IMG/VR virus record: IMGVR_UViG_3300040801_001687
Location: 13,188-77,187 of that record
Length of the DNA stretch: 64,000 nucleotides
Reading direction: 5' to 3' (one strand)
From: a virus
The position numbers and the translations under genes were made by a program. How positions within the stretch are numbered: the stretch's first letter is position 1; every line of letters begins with the position of its first letter. The notes beneath the pieces were generated by a model. That model was not told the origin of the DNA, made no database searches, and saw only the letters and a list, made by a program, of their open reading frames with translations. Below, one piece after another: positions 50,635-59,265 of this stretch.

Positions 50635-51225
50635 ATGGCAAAGAAACACGATTCTAAAAAAGCTAAATCTCAATCTATCTATGATAAGATTGGAAACATG
50701 AGAGTAGTTGAACTACAAGCCTCTTGTATTATGAGAGGATTAGACTTTACCGATGTAGTTGAATGGGACTTCGGGAAATTAGCCTCATGGCTTATCAAAA
50801 ACTATGACAAAGATTCCAACAGGGACCTATTAGAAGATTTTGATATTTGGGTGGATGGAAAATTAGAAGGAAGAGGTTATGAGGAAAATGACCCAATTAG
50901 GCAATTTAGGAAATTCTCTAATTTAGATGATGAACAGAATCCCCAGGTAAAAACAAAAGCCTTAAAAAAGGCTGGAGTTCCTAAAAAGAAAAGAACTAAA
51001 AAAGAAAGAAATGGGCTGGGAATCTTTAAGGGAACTAAAAAAGAATATACGTATAGCTTAGCCAAATCTCTTATTGAAAAATATGGAGATAAGTACACAA
51101 ATAAAGAGATTTCAAAGAAATTTAGCTCACAACTATTTAATAAGGTTTTAAAGAAATATAGTGATGCTAAAGACAAATCGGTTAAAATTTGGATGAAAAG
51201 AGCTTTAGATGGTTACCGTAAATGA
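50635..51225 (+). CDS. Hypothetical basic protein
   Basis: 196-aa ORF behind a promoter. Confidence 0.6.
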   Translation: MAKKHDSKKAKSQSIYDKIGNMRVVELQASCIMRGLDFTDVVEWDFGKLASWLIKNYDKDSNRDLLEDFDIWVDGKLEGRGYEENDPIRQFRKFSNLDDEQNPQVKTKALKKAGVPKKKRTKKERNGLGIFKGTKKEYTYSLAKSLIEKYGDKYTNKEISKKFSSQLFNKVLKKYSDAKDKSVKIWMKRALDGYRK

Positions 51226-51577
51226 TATACTTAATAAAGTAGAGCCAGAATCTTATTATGTAGTTGATTTTAGGGTTATGGATAAACCCGAACTGTTTAA
51301 AAATGAATTTGAAACTGAAGATGAGGCTTTAACTGTAGTAGAGAAATACTTAAAATTTGATTTAAAGAATTACCCAGTAATTAAGGGTATAGATGCTATT
51401 AGGCATAATATTCCGTTTAGGAGTAGGAAATCAAAAGTAGGCCCAGATGGTATAGTAAAGAATGGATATATAAGGGCTTTAAAGTATGATTACCCTGCGG
51501 AAAGGGTTCATAAGCAAAAAAGAAAAACTTGGAGAACTATTCAAAGAAGAAAACAAAGGAAAAATAAACTCAAATAA
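51209..51577 (+). CDS. Hypothetical protein
   Basis: ORF in operon context. Confidence 0.6.
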   Translation: MVTVNDILNKVEPESYYVVDFRVMDKPELFKNEFETEDEALTVVEKYLKFDLKNYPVIKGIDAIRHNIPFRSRKSKVGPDGIVKNGYIRALKYDYPAERVHKQKRKTWRTIQRRKQRKNKLK

Positions 51578-51578
51578 A

Positions 51579-51842
51579 ATGGATGCAAAAATTTCAAAAT
51601 TTAAGATTCCGGTTATTCTAAAAAGAGATAACCAAGGCCAAATATCCTTAGAATTACAAGAGGATAAAAAGGAATTTGTGGGACATGATGAATTACCTAA
51701 TGGTTTTACTACTAATGAGGTACCTAAAATCTCATCTGAGCTATCTTCTTACAATGAGAAGCAAAAGGATATTGTAAAAGGTACCCTTATGGATAGTGAG
51801 GATGAGAGAGAAACTTCTATAGTGTTTAAATATCTTTCATAA
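51579..51842 (+). CDS. Hypothetical protein (start revised to MDAKISKF)
   Basis: In-frame ATG one base after the upstream stop. Confidence 0.55.
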   Translation: MDAKISKFKIPVILKRDNQGQISLELQEDKKEFVGHDELPNGFTTNEVPKISSELSSYNEKQKDIVKGTLMDSEDERETSIVFKYLS

Positions 51843-51909
51843 AACTTGATTTTATTAATTAAGGTTAACTATTTCAAAATCTAAAACAATTAAATTTAAT
51901 ATTAAAGTT

Positions 51910-52383
51910 ATGGGTAGAAAGAAGAAAAACCCTTTGTTGGGTAAGGAAATTTCAGAGGTAATAGAATTATCCTCGGGTGCAGTTAGAATCGTTTTTGCAG
52001 ATGGTAGTTCTATCATTGCTTCGATTCATGTTAGTGGGGAAGAGTTAGAGGCTATTGCTCCGGTACCAGAAGATGAAGATGATGAGGATGAGGATGAAGA
52101 TGAGGATGAGGATGAAGATGAGGATGAGGATGAAGATGAGGATGAGGATGAAGATGAGGATGAGGATGAAGATGATGATGATGAAGATGAGGATGAAGAT
52201 GAGGATGAAGATGAGGATGAAGATGAGGATGAAGATGAAGATGATGAGGATGAGGATGAAGATGAGGATGAGGATGAAGATGATGAGGATGAGGACTGGG
52301 ATGATGAAGATGATGAAGATGAAGAAGATGAAGAGCCTGAACCTCCTAAAAAGAAGCCTGCCAAGAAGAAAAAGAAAAAATAA
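51910..52383 (+). CDS. Poly-acidic protein (small beta domain, 89-aa Asp/Glu tract, Lys tail)
   Basis: A-rich leader, ordered N-terminal domain, downstream terminator. Confidence 0.8.
   Translation: MGRKKKNPLLGKEISEVIELSSGAVRIVFADGSSIIASIHVSGEELEAIAPVPEDEDDEDEDEDEDEDEDEDEDEDEDEDEDEDEDEDDDDEDEDEDEDEDEDEDEDEDEDDEDEDEDEDEDEDDEDEDWDDEDDEDEEDEEPEPPKKKPAKKKKKK
52069..52335 (+). repeat. GATGAR hexamer / 18-bp (GATGAGGATGAGGATGAA) tandem repeat encoding poly-DE
   Basis: Directly visible in the sequence. Confidence 0.95.
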
Positions 52384-52386
52384 TAT

Positions 52387-52413
52387 AAGGGAGCCTCAAT
52401 GCTCCCTTTTTTT
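52387..52413 (+). terminator. Rho-independent terminator
   Basis: AAGGGAGC-ctcaat-GCTCCCTT plus T tract. Confidence 0.85.
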
Positions 52414-52431
52414 AACCTAAATTTTAAAACA

Positions 52432-52626
52432 ATGAATGAGCTACAAGAACTTCAAGATTTAAAAACAAAACTAAAAACTATAGAGGAAAGGGATTTTAGA
52501 TTTATGAACCCCTTAGAAGAAGTAGCCTTTAAAAAGGTATTGGGTTTTATTGATAGAAAAGAGAATGCTATCAGAAATTCAAAACCAGGTGAAGATTATG
52601 GTAATTTTATGAAGGTATCACTATGA
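52432..52626 (+). CDS. Hypothetical protein (start revised to MNELQ)
   Basis: The ATG at 52399 lies inside the terminator; 52432 has an A-rich leader. Confidence 0.55.
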   Translation: MNELQELQDLKTKLKTIEERDFRFMNPLEEVAFKKVLGFIDRKENAIRNSKPGEDYGNFMKVSL

Positions 52627-53048
52627 AGAAATTTAAAGATATAAAAGAAGGGGAAAAGCTTTATATGCTTAATCCTGAAAACTTGGACATAGATGAGTTG
52701 GGAGTAATCCAATCAAAACCCCATCCAAAATCTAAAGGTCAAGTATGGATTATTCAAGCCTATACCAAATTAGCTGATAGGTTCTCTTCCGTTACAGAGG
52801 ATAAATTAAAGATTGCAAAAGAAGAGGGAGTAACCAATACTAGTCACATATTTCTTTTAAACCAAGAGGAATCTATGCAAATGGTTATGACTAGACCCGT
52901 ACCTACAATTATTTCATCAGATAAAGAATATTTAGAAGAATGGCTAAAGAAGAATCAAAAGGAACTAGACCTGGATTTCAAGAGATTTCAGGGGATGGTA
53001 AAACAAGGAAAAATAGAATACAAAACCCCGACGAAGAAGGGGAGATAA
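52623..53048 (+). CDS. Hypothetical protein
   Basis: ATGA-coupled ORF. Confidence 0.6.
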   Translation: MKKFKDIKEGEKLYMLNPENLDIDELGVIQSKPHPKSKGQVWIIQAYTKLADRFSSVTEDKLKIAKEEGVTNTSHIFLLNQEESMQMVMTRPVPTIISSDKEYLEEWLKKNQKELDLDFKRFQGMVKQGKIEYKTPTKKGR

Positions 53049-53275
53049 TAGAGTTAAGCCTATCTTTAAGACAGGCTTCATCTCTTTACATTATGGCCTC
53101 TAATTATAAAGAGACTATCCGAAAGGATTTAGCAGAGCTTCAATCTTCAATACCTAAATCAGAAGGTAAAGAAAGGGAGAAAGCCGAAGAATTAAGGGAT
53201 ATATTATTGGCTATACTTGAAGATACTAAATTCTTTGAAAAGGAGGCCGGGGAAGTAATTAATGAATTAAGCTAA
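52940..53275 (+). CDS. Hypothetical coiled-coil protein (start uncertain)
   Basis: Fills the gap 53049-53275; the annotated start overlaps the upstream gene by 109 nt. Confidence 0.5.
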   Translation: MAKEESKGTRPGFQEISGDGKTRKNRIQNPDEEGEIIELSLSLRQASSLYIMASNYKETIRKDLAELQSSIPKSEGKEREKAEELRDILLAILEDTKFFEKEAGEVINELS

Positions 53276-53935
53276 ATGAAACAATCACAAATAATCGGAG
53301 AATTAAAAACAATCCTAAGGCCCTTTTCCCTAGAAGCTAAACCCAAAAGAATAGAGAAAGCATTACCCAAGAAATTCTTTGCTATAGAGGAAGCCATTAA
53401 GGGAGTAATTGCAAAGAAGCCCCAAAGGCCTGAGTTATCCTTTTATATAATTGAAATACCTGATTACATTCCAATCAGTATAGCCCATCAGATAGTTAAT
53501 TTCTTTAAATTCATTCCTTTCAGGGCCTTTCTAAAAGAAGAAGTAGTGGGGGATAGGATAGAGCCTTTTCTGATTATTAGAATTATTGCTTGTGAAACCT
53601 ATGCTCTAATGTTGGGTAGGATAATAGAATACCTATTTAACACTATATATATTTACCTCGCCAAAGAATCTCGCTATTTCAAGAGAGAAGCCCGAAAGAA
53701 ACGAAGAAAAGCCAGAAAAGAGGGAATTGATTTTAAAGCTGAAACCGATGCAAGAAAACATATTTCTAGTAAACGAATAGATATAATGCATATCATTAAC
53801 GATTATTCAGATAGAATGATGCTAGATATAGTTTATAACCATCTTCCGAATAATCCTGCTATAGATAAGGGATTGCAAAGGATGAAAGAAGAACTAATGG
53901 CAAAAGAAATTATTAAAAATGGAAAAGAGCTATGA
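53276..53935 (+). CDS. Hypothetical protein
   Basis: 219-aa ORF. Confidence 0.6.
   Translation: MKQSQIIGELKTILRPFSLEAKPKRIEKALPKKFFAIEEAIKGVIAKKPQRPELSFYIIEIPDYIPISIAHQIVNFFKFIPFRAFLKEEVVGDRIEPFLIIRIIACETYALMLGRIIEYLFNTIYIYLAKESRYFKREARKKRRKARKEGIDFKAETDARKHISSKRIDIMHIINDYSDRMMLDIVYNHLPNNPAIDKGLQRMKEELMAKEIIKNGKEL
53907..53931 (+). repeat. 25-bp direct repeat, copy 1 (AAATTATTAAAAATGGAAAAGAGCT)
   Basis: Exact copy at 54310-54334. Confidence 0.92.
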
Positions 53936-54338
53936 TTTTTTATACCATATAACTAAGTTATGTTTTTTAGATAATATTATAACTGAAGGGCTTTTAATTA
54001 ATTCTAATAAAAATGGTTTTGTTAAAAAGGGATATATAAAAGAATACTATAAAAAATATGATTTACAACCCATATTTTTAACTAATAACTACAATTACAT
54101 TATAGAAACTCAATTAACCCCTTCTTTTTTTAAAAAATGTATTGTTTTAAAAATAAACTCGGTGGGGTTAGATATAGAAGATGAGTTTGAATATTTAAAC
54201 CAAAGATGGAATTTATACTTTAAAACCAAGAAAGATTTTATAAAAAATATAAGTAAAAACCCCAACAGAAGTTTTATTTGTAAAGAAGATATAAAACCTG
54301 AATTAATAAAAATTATTAAAAATGGAAAAGAGCTTTAG
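53919..54338 (+). CDS. Putative ADP-ribosyltransferase-fold protein
   Basis: LYHIT...NIITEGL...PIFLT...VLKIN...IKPELI pattern typical of Tpt1/PARP-like small phage proteins. Confidence 0.55.
   Translation: MEKSYDFLYHITKLCFLDNIITEGLLINSNKNGFVKKGYIKEYYKKYDLQPIFLTNNYNYIIETQLTPSFFKKCIVLKINSVGLDIEDEFEYLNQRWNLYFKTKKDFIKNISKNPNRSFICKEDIKPELIKIIKNGKEL
54310..54334 (+). repeat. 25-bp direct repeat, copy 2
   Basis: Exact copy of 53907-53931. Confidence 0.92.
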
Positions 54339-54711
54339 GTATTTATGGATGCAATACACTGAAACTTTAACTCTTTTACAAAATGAACAAGCAAGAGAGG
54401 ATTTAGCCAAGTTAAATGTAAGGGATAGAGAGTACAGTGCACAGTTAGAAAAGAAAGTAAATTTTTATGAGAAAAAATTAAAAGAATTTGGCTCCGGTAT
54501 AATTATTCAAATCACTGGAAAATATTGGAAAGAGCCTGATAAAAGAGATAAGATAGCAAAGTTAACTGATTTCGAGCTACTATTAGTAAATACTGAAATG
54601 AATGAAGCCAAGGAATATTTTAAAGTTTTTATGCAATATAACTCGATAAAGTTTGAAAAGGCTACTATTCAATTTAAAGAAATTAAAACAAATAAACTTT
54701 TAACAATTTAA
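54322..54711 (+). CDS. Hypothetical protein
   Basis: 129-aa ORF. Confidence 0.6.
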   Translation: MEKSFRYLWMQYTETLTLLQNEQAREDLAKLNVRDREYSAQLEKKVNFYEKKLKEFGSGIIIQITGKYWKEPDKRDKIAKLTDFELLLVNTEMNEAKEYFKVFMQYNSIKFEKATIQFKEIKTNKLLTI

Positions 54712-54716
54712 TAATT

Positions 54717-55331
54717 ATGGCAACTAAAAAAAAGAAGTCTGCAAAAAAAGAGAAAGCTGAATCTCCAGCTAAAGAATCTTCTACAAAGGAAGAAGGTAAT
54801 GATTTGAAATCTCAAGTGAAGGGGGTATCCTCTGCTTTATCTGAAAAGAGAAATGAGATGAGGGCTTTCTTAAAAGAGAATAAACTCAAGAAAACCGAGG
54901 ACCACTCCAAACACAAGGACAAGAAGATTGCTTCGGCATTTAAGAATCTTAAAAAGGAGATAGCTGGCCTTGAGGATGAGAAGAAGGCTCTTCAAGAACA
55001 ATTGAAGAAAGAGAAGCCTAAGAAAGAAAGAAACTCTAAATACAATTATCCCGAAAACATCGTCACTTCGGATGATAAAAAGAAATTTAGAGCCTCAATC
55101 AGGGGAAAGGCCAAAACTGCGGGAGTATCTGTAGATGAATATTTGAATGACCCCGAAAAATATGAGGCCTTAAAGAAAGAGAAGAAAGCTTCTAAACCTA
55201 AAAAAGAGAAGAAAGAGAAGAAGGCCAAAGAAGAGAAGAAAGAGAAGCCTTCTAAGAAGGAGAAAAAAGAGAAGGCCAAAAAACCTTCTAAGAAAAAGGC
55301 TGCTGATGCCGAAGATGAGGATGAGGACTAA
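54717..55331 (+). CDS. Lys-rich, histone-H1-like putative DNA-binding protein
   Basis: KKEK repeats; core YNYPENIVTSDDKKKFRASIR shared with 62448-62789; own terminator. Confidence 0.55.
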   Translation: MATKKKKSAKKEKAESPAKESSTKEEGNDLKSQVKGVSSALSEKRNEMRAFLKENKLKKTEDHSKHKDKKIASAFKNLKKEIAGLEDEKKALQEQLKKEKPKKERNSKYNYPENIVTSDDKKKFRASIRGKAKTAGVSVDEYLNDPEKYEALKKEKKASKPKKEKKEKKAKEEKKEKPSKKEKKEKAKKPSKKKAADAEDEDED

Positions 55332-55359
55332 TTTCCTGTCATGATACTCATACCTCAAA

Positions 55360-55386
55360 AGCCCATCAGAAATGGTGGGCTACTTT
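55360..55386 (+). terminator. Terminator-like hairpin
   Basis: AGCCCATCA-gaaa-TGGTGGGCT followed by a weak T tract. Confidence 0.65.
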
Positions 55387-55408
55387 ATGTTTACTAAAAG
55401 CTATAGCA

Positions 55409-55939
55409 ATGGACCAACAATATATTGATACAATTAAAGAGATTAAAAAGAAGCCTACTATTGAAAAGGTAGTAAAACTTCTAATGCAGTGCAATTATAG
55501 GTTTGTTCATATGAACTTTATACAAACCCAAAAAGTATTTAAAAAAATCAAATTTGAAAAAGCTCATAAGAAATACCAATTTATGGTCAGGATGGACCAT
55601 ATAGATGAGGACCCGACCAAAGATAAATATAATTTTGATTTTATGGTGGGCATTAGGTTTTATGATAAAAGGAAAAACCTAATACACATATACTATAAAG
55701 GAAAGTTTGTAGAGACTATAAAGATACCTTGGGCTATTACTCAAACCCAAAACATGAAGAAGAAAAAGGTACCTTTGAAATTCCCTGACCCAATGTCTAT
55801 ACAGGATAGGATTGACTGGAGAAGGACACATGATAAATTTAACAAAGGAAAGGACATACCTAAAGACGAACTAGACTACTACTTAAAGTGGAAACCCCAC
55901 ATCGAAAATATTGATAAAGAAGAGAATCATTTAAAATAA
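55409..55939 (+). CDS. Hypothetical protein
   Basis: 176-aa ORF. Confidence 0.6.
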   Translation: MDQQYIDTIKEIKKKPTIEKVVKLLMQCNYRFVHMNFIQTQKVFKKIKFEKAHKKYQFMVRMDHIDEDPTKDKYNFDFMVGIRFYDKRKNLIHIYYKGKFVETIKIPWAITQTQNMKKKKVPLKFPDPMSIQDRIDWRRTHDKFNKGKDIPKDELDYYLKWKPHIENIDKEENHLK

Positions 55940-55946
55940 TTTTTAT

Positions 55947-55954
55947 TATATTTG
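55947..55954 (+). promoter_or_regulatory. Bacteroidota -7 element TATATTTG
   Basis: Intergenic, 35 nt before the ATG at 55990. Confidence 0.55.
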
Positions 55955-55989
55955 ATAAATAAATTTAATAATTAAACCTATATAAAATA

Positions 55990-56349
55990 ATGATAAGATT
56001 ATCAAGAGCGCAGTATAGCATTATTAGAAGAATTGCAAAAGAACAAGAGGAATCTTTTATGAGGATTATCGAGAATAAATTATTTATGGAGGCTTATCAT
56101 TCCTTAAATGAAAATGGTTATGATGTAGATGTAGCCGATGTTCTTGAGGCAATTACAAGATTTATGCAGATGTGGGAAGAGGTAAAACATGACCCTGCTT
56201 CCTTTATTGAGGTTTTAGATGATTTAAACATGAAGATGATTAAAGAGCATTTAAAACATGATTTCGGTAATGATAAATTCATCAATCCTTTATTAAAGGG
56301 AATTACCGATAAAGTTGATTTATTTTCCAATAAACCATTAGCTAATTAA
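55990..56349 (+). CDS. Hypothetical protein
   Basis: ORF behind a promoter. Confidence 0.6.
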   Translation: MIRLSRAQYSIIRRIAKEQEESFMRIIENKLFMEAYHSLNENGYDVDVADVLEAITRFMQMWEEVKHDPASFIEVLDDLNMKMIKEHLKHDFGNDKFINPLLKGITDKVDLFSNKPLAN

Positions 56350-56351
56350 TT

Positions 56352-56687
56352 ATGGTAGTTATAATTCAAGGAGTTCGATTAGATTTAAACCATCTTTATA
56401 AAATTTCAAAAATATATGAGGATGAACGTTATGGTAGAATTGTATTAGGTTTTTCACTTAAATTTATAAATGGAAACAGTGTACATATAGGTATAACCAA
56501 TGCTCCATACGAAATAATAGATAATGAATTTAGTATTATTGATATTTTAATAGAAAAACCTAAAGTAACTAAAAGGTTACTTATGGTGGATTTAGTATCT
56601 ATAAGAACTTTTATCGAAAAACATTGGTCAAAGGAATCAAAGATACCTTCAATAGAGATTACTGAAACTAGAATAATAGAATTATGA
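56352..56687 (+). CDS. Hypothetical protein
   Basis: Operon-coupled ORF. Confidence 0.55.
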   Translation: MVVIIQGVRLDLNHLYKISKIYEDERYGRIVLGFSLKFINGNSVHIGITNAPYEIIDNEFSIIDILIEKPKVTKRLLMVDLVSIRTFIEKHWSKESKIPSIEITETRIIEL

Positions 56688-57199
56688 AGCATGTAGTATT
56701 TCCCGAATATCAAGGGTTTTTACCTAATTTAAATCCCTATGATATTGCAAATAGAGCCTTTAATAAAGACCCTAAAGATAATCTCTTTATGGTAAGGCCT
56801 ATTTGCTCAATGGTTACAGGAATACCAGATTTAGATAACCTGGAAGTTACCCCAAAAGCTTACTTTGAATGGTATTTAGATTTTTATAGAAATTACAACT
56901 ATATAATGGGGGCTTTAGAACAATCTAAAAAAGAAAACCTTCAAATGATTGATTTCTTCCATAAAAAGAAATCAATACTTATCAAATATCTAAAGAAAGC
57001 AGTATATTATATACCTAAGGATGAATCTAGTCAAAAGTATATAGATAAACTATTAAGGATTAGAAGTATTCTTCAAGAGTTACTAGAAATGGGAATTTAC
57101 TTCTTTAATTTAAACACATATAAACATGGAGAATTTCACAATGACGACCGTAGTCTCATCGAACATCTCAAGGCTGGGATACAACGAGGAGACTTCTGA
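56684..57199 (+). CDS. Hypothetical protein
   Basis: ATGA-coupled ORF. Confidence 0.55.
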   Translation: MKHVVFPEYQGFLPNLNPYDIANRAFNKDPKDNLFMVRPICSMVTGIPDLDNLEVTPKAYFEWYLDFYRNYNYIMGALEQSKKENLQMIDFFHKKKSILIKYLKKAVYYIPKDESSQKYIDKLLRIRSILQELLEMGIYFFNLNTYKHGEFHNDDRSLIEHLKAGIQRGDF

Positions 57200-57350
57200 A
57201 ATGCTGGTAGAATTTAAAAATGGGACACAATATAAATATTGGCCTGTTCATTTTAATGATTACCAAGACTTGGTAAATGCACCATCAGTAGGTAGAGCAT
57301 TTGCTGCAGATTTTAAGAATAACTCAAGTTATGAATACGAAAGGATTTGA
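57126..57350 (+). CDS. KTSC-domain protein
   Basis: VVSSNISRLGYN....LVEFKNG..Y.Y..V....Y..LVNAPSVGR.F. Confidence 0.92.
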   Translation: MENFTMTTVVSSNISRLGYNEETSEMLVEFKNGTQYKYWPVHFNDYQDLVNAPSVGRAFAADFKNNSSYEYERI

Positions 57351-57393
57351 TTATACTATTTAAACTTGATTTTAAACTAAATTTTTAAAGAAA

Positions 57394-57573
57394 ATGGGAA
57401 TACAAGACAAGTATAACGCAATCAAAGGCCTAGTAGATGAAATGGGTGATGATGTTGAGAAAGTAGAGAATTCTCAAACTAAGGCAGCTGGAAAAAGAGT
57501 TAGAAAAGGCCTTCAAGAGGTTAAAAAACTATCTCAAGAATTAAGGCTAGACATTATGGACGAGATTCGTTAA
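57394..57573 (+). CDS. Histone H1-like protein of the Hc1 family (59 aa, not in the ORF track)
   Basis: Hand translation MGIQDKYNAIKGLVDEMGDDVEKVENSQTKAAGKRVRKGLQEVKKLSQELRLDIMDEIR; KAAGxRVRKGxQExK signature; A-rich leader and own terminator. Confidence 0.82.
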   Translation: MGIQDKYNAIKGLVDEMGDDVEKVENSQTKAAGKRVRKGLQEVKKLSQELRLDIMDEIR

Positions 57574-57611
57574 AAGTAGTAGTTAGTAGTTTAATTTAGT
57601 GGTTTAATGGG

Positions 57612-57643
57612 AAAGGAAGGACCAGAAATGGACTTCCTTTTTT
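57612..57643 (+). terminator. Rho-independent terminator
   Basis: AAAGGAAGgaCCA-gaaa-TGGaCTTCCTTT plus T tract. Confidence 0.75.
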
Positions 57644-57670
57644 CTTGTTTTATATTTGATATTTTATTCT

Positions 57671-57698
57671 TAAATTTGAATAAATCAAATAATCAAAA
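57671..57698 (+). promoter_or_regulatory. Early promoter -7 element with conserved leader
   Basis: TAAATTTG then AATAAATCAAATAATCAAAA; 25 bp identical to 60649-60673. Confidence 0.75.
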
Positions 57699-57700
57699 AT

Positions 57701-58111
57701 ATGATAGAATTAAGAGAAAAAGGAACAAATAAAACGATTGCCTATATTCAATCGGATGAGCAATTCAGAGAATTTTGTAAAATAAAAGAACCCGATATGG
57801 AATTTTATAATGCTAATGATTGTTTTCATTATGCTCACATGGAGTATACAATCATTATTCATTATAAAACGGGAATACCTAATCGGATGAATTTATTAAA
57901 ATCCACCTGCAAAGGGGTATACTCTGATATGAGCTCCTTAAATCCTAACCATATAGTTAGCCATAATTGGACTGATTGGGTTATTGAGAATTTCATGGAT
58001 TTAGTAACCGGAAGGTTCGACTATTGGTTCGATGGAACAATAGATGGAGACCTAACCGAGTTTGAATTAGATTATATTAAAATGTATTGGGATAATGAAG
58101 GAAAACTATGA
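57701..58111 (+). CDS. Hypothetical protein, C-terminal part paralogous to 60676-60969
   Basis: Shared DxVIENxMDxVxxRFxxW...LTxxELxYI. Confidence 0.65.
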   Translation: MIELREKGTNKTIAYIQSDEQFREFCKIKEPDMEFYNANDCFHYAHMEYTIIIHYKTGIPNRMNLLKSTCKGVYSDMSSLNPNHIVSHNWTDWVIENFMDLVTGRFDYWFDGTIDGDLTEFELDYIKMYWDNEGKL

Positions 58112-58392
58112 TAACAAATTTTAAAACACTCGTGGATGCTATATATCTAGGAGAGGATAATGGCTATTTAAATAAGAATAGGATTTTAGGGGAATATGAA
58201 GCCTTAACTGATAATGATTATGAACTATCAGAATGGCTATTACAGATATGCCCTAAATTGGAATTATTGGAATTTTCAGAGGATGAATTAATAAACCTTG
58301 AGGCTAAAGGTAAGAAGAAACACCTTTATATCAGGTATTATGATAAATCCACTAAAATAATTTTATCACCTTTTAAATTAGATTTAATATGA
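58108..58392 (+). CDS. Hypothetical protein
   Basis: ATGA-coupled ORF. Confidence 0.55.
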   Translation: MITNFKTLVDAIYLGEDNGYLNKNRILGEYEALTDNDYELSEWLLQICPKLELLEFSEDELINLEAKGKKKHLYIRYYDKSTKIILSPFKLDLI

Positions 58393-58574
58393 CTAGAGAA
58401 GAGGCTAAAAAAGAATTAAGAAAAGGAAATAAAATAACTCATAAATATTTTCTTTCCCATGAGTATATAATCCTAGTTAATGGGGTAGAGACTTTTGAAG
58501 ATGGAAATAAAGTTCCACTGGGTTGGTGGGATAGGTATGATTATTTAAAACAAAGTTGGAAAATTTATAAATAA
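58389..58574 (+). CDS. Small protein resembling the DUF2829/Tad2 family
   Basis: MTREEAKKELRKGNKITHKYF...W...W pattern. Confidence 0.35.
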   Translation: MTREEAKKELRKGNKITHKYFLSHEYIILVNGVETFEDGNKVPLGWWDRYDYLKQSWKIYK

Positions 58575-58581
58575 TAAAATT

Positions 58582-58965
58582 ATGAAAAGCTGCATGACAA
58601 CTATATTTGGAATCTTTATAGCCTTAGTTATAATCTTTATGATTATTGATGATAGGCCTGATAAAGAAGGTCCAACTTCTTACACTCAAGAGCATAAATA
58701 CCCTGACCCCGAAAGGGAGGTATATAAATTTGATTGGGAAACCAATGAATATGTATATAAGGATGAGGTGGATATGAGTAGACCCAAAGACACTCCTATG
58801 GAGTCTTATCCTGACTTTACAGTTAGGATAGAAGGGCAAACCCAAGGAAGAAAGGTAAGGGGTTCTTCCTCTTCTTATGCTAATAAGACTATTGAAATCA
58901 ATGGGAAACGATATAAAGCTCGAAGGATTAACGAGAGAAATGTAGAATTAATTGAAATCAAATGA
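58582..58965 (+). CDS. Membrane-anchored hypothetical protein
   Basis: N-terminal hydrophobic helix. Confidence 0.6.
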   Translation: MKSCMTTIFGIFIALVIIFMIIDDRPDKEGPTSYTQEHKYPDPEREVYKFDWETNEYVYKDEVDMSRPKDTPMESYPDFTVRIEGQTQGRKVRGSSSSYANKTIEINGKRYKARRINERNVELIEIK

Positions 58966-59264
58966 GTGCAGAAAAACTTAAAATAGGGGATGAGCTAGGT
59001 GGGGGAAGAGTTCTTTATGAGAGCTCTTTCTATCGTTCTGAAAAAAGGAGAGCACCTGATAGTATAATTCATTATTTTATAACTATAGATAATAAAGGTA
59101 AATATACCTTGTATTATTCTTTAGGTAATGGTAACCCAATAAACAGGATTTATTCTACAAAAAAGATGAAGAAGGCCTATATGAGGCTTTTTAAAGAAAT
59201 GAGATATGAGGCTAAATTAAAGTTTAAACCTCATGATTTAAGAAACCCTTGGAAACCCCAATAA
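58962..59264 (+). CDS. Hypothetical protein
   Basis: Coupled ORF. Confidence 0.55.
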   Translation: MSAEKLKIGDELGGGRVLYESSFYRSEKRRAPDSIIHYFITIDNKGKYTLYYSLGNGNPINRIYSTKKMKKAYMRLFKEMRYEAKLKFKPHDLRNPWKPQ

Positions 59265-59265
59265 G

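Noticed and set aside
52069-52335. Repeat tract as a CRISPR array
   Set aside because: No unique spacers; a simple coding microsatellite. No CRISPR array was seen anywhere in the window.
52026-52364. Minus-strand poly-serine ORF
   Set aside because: Antisense shadow of the GATGAR repeat; no promoter or leader.
52055-52420. Plus-strand MRMKM-repeat ORF
   Set aside because: Alternate-frame reading of the same repeat; runs through the terminator.
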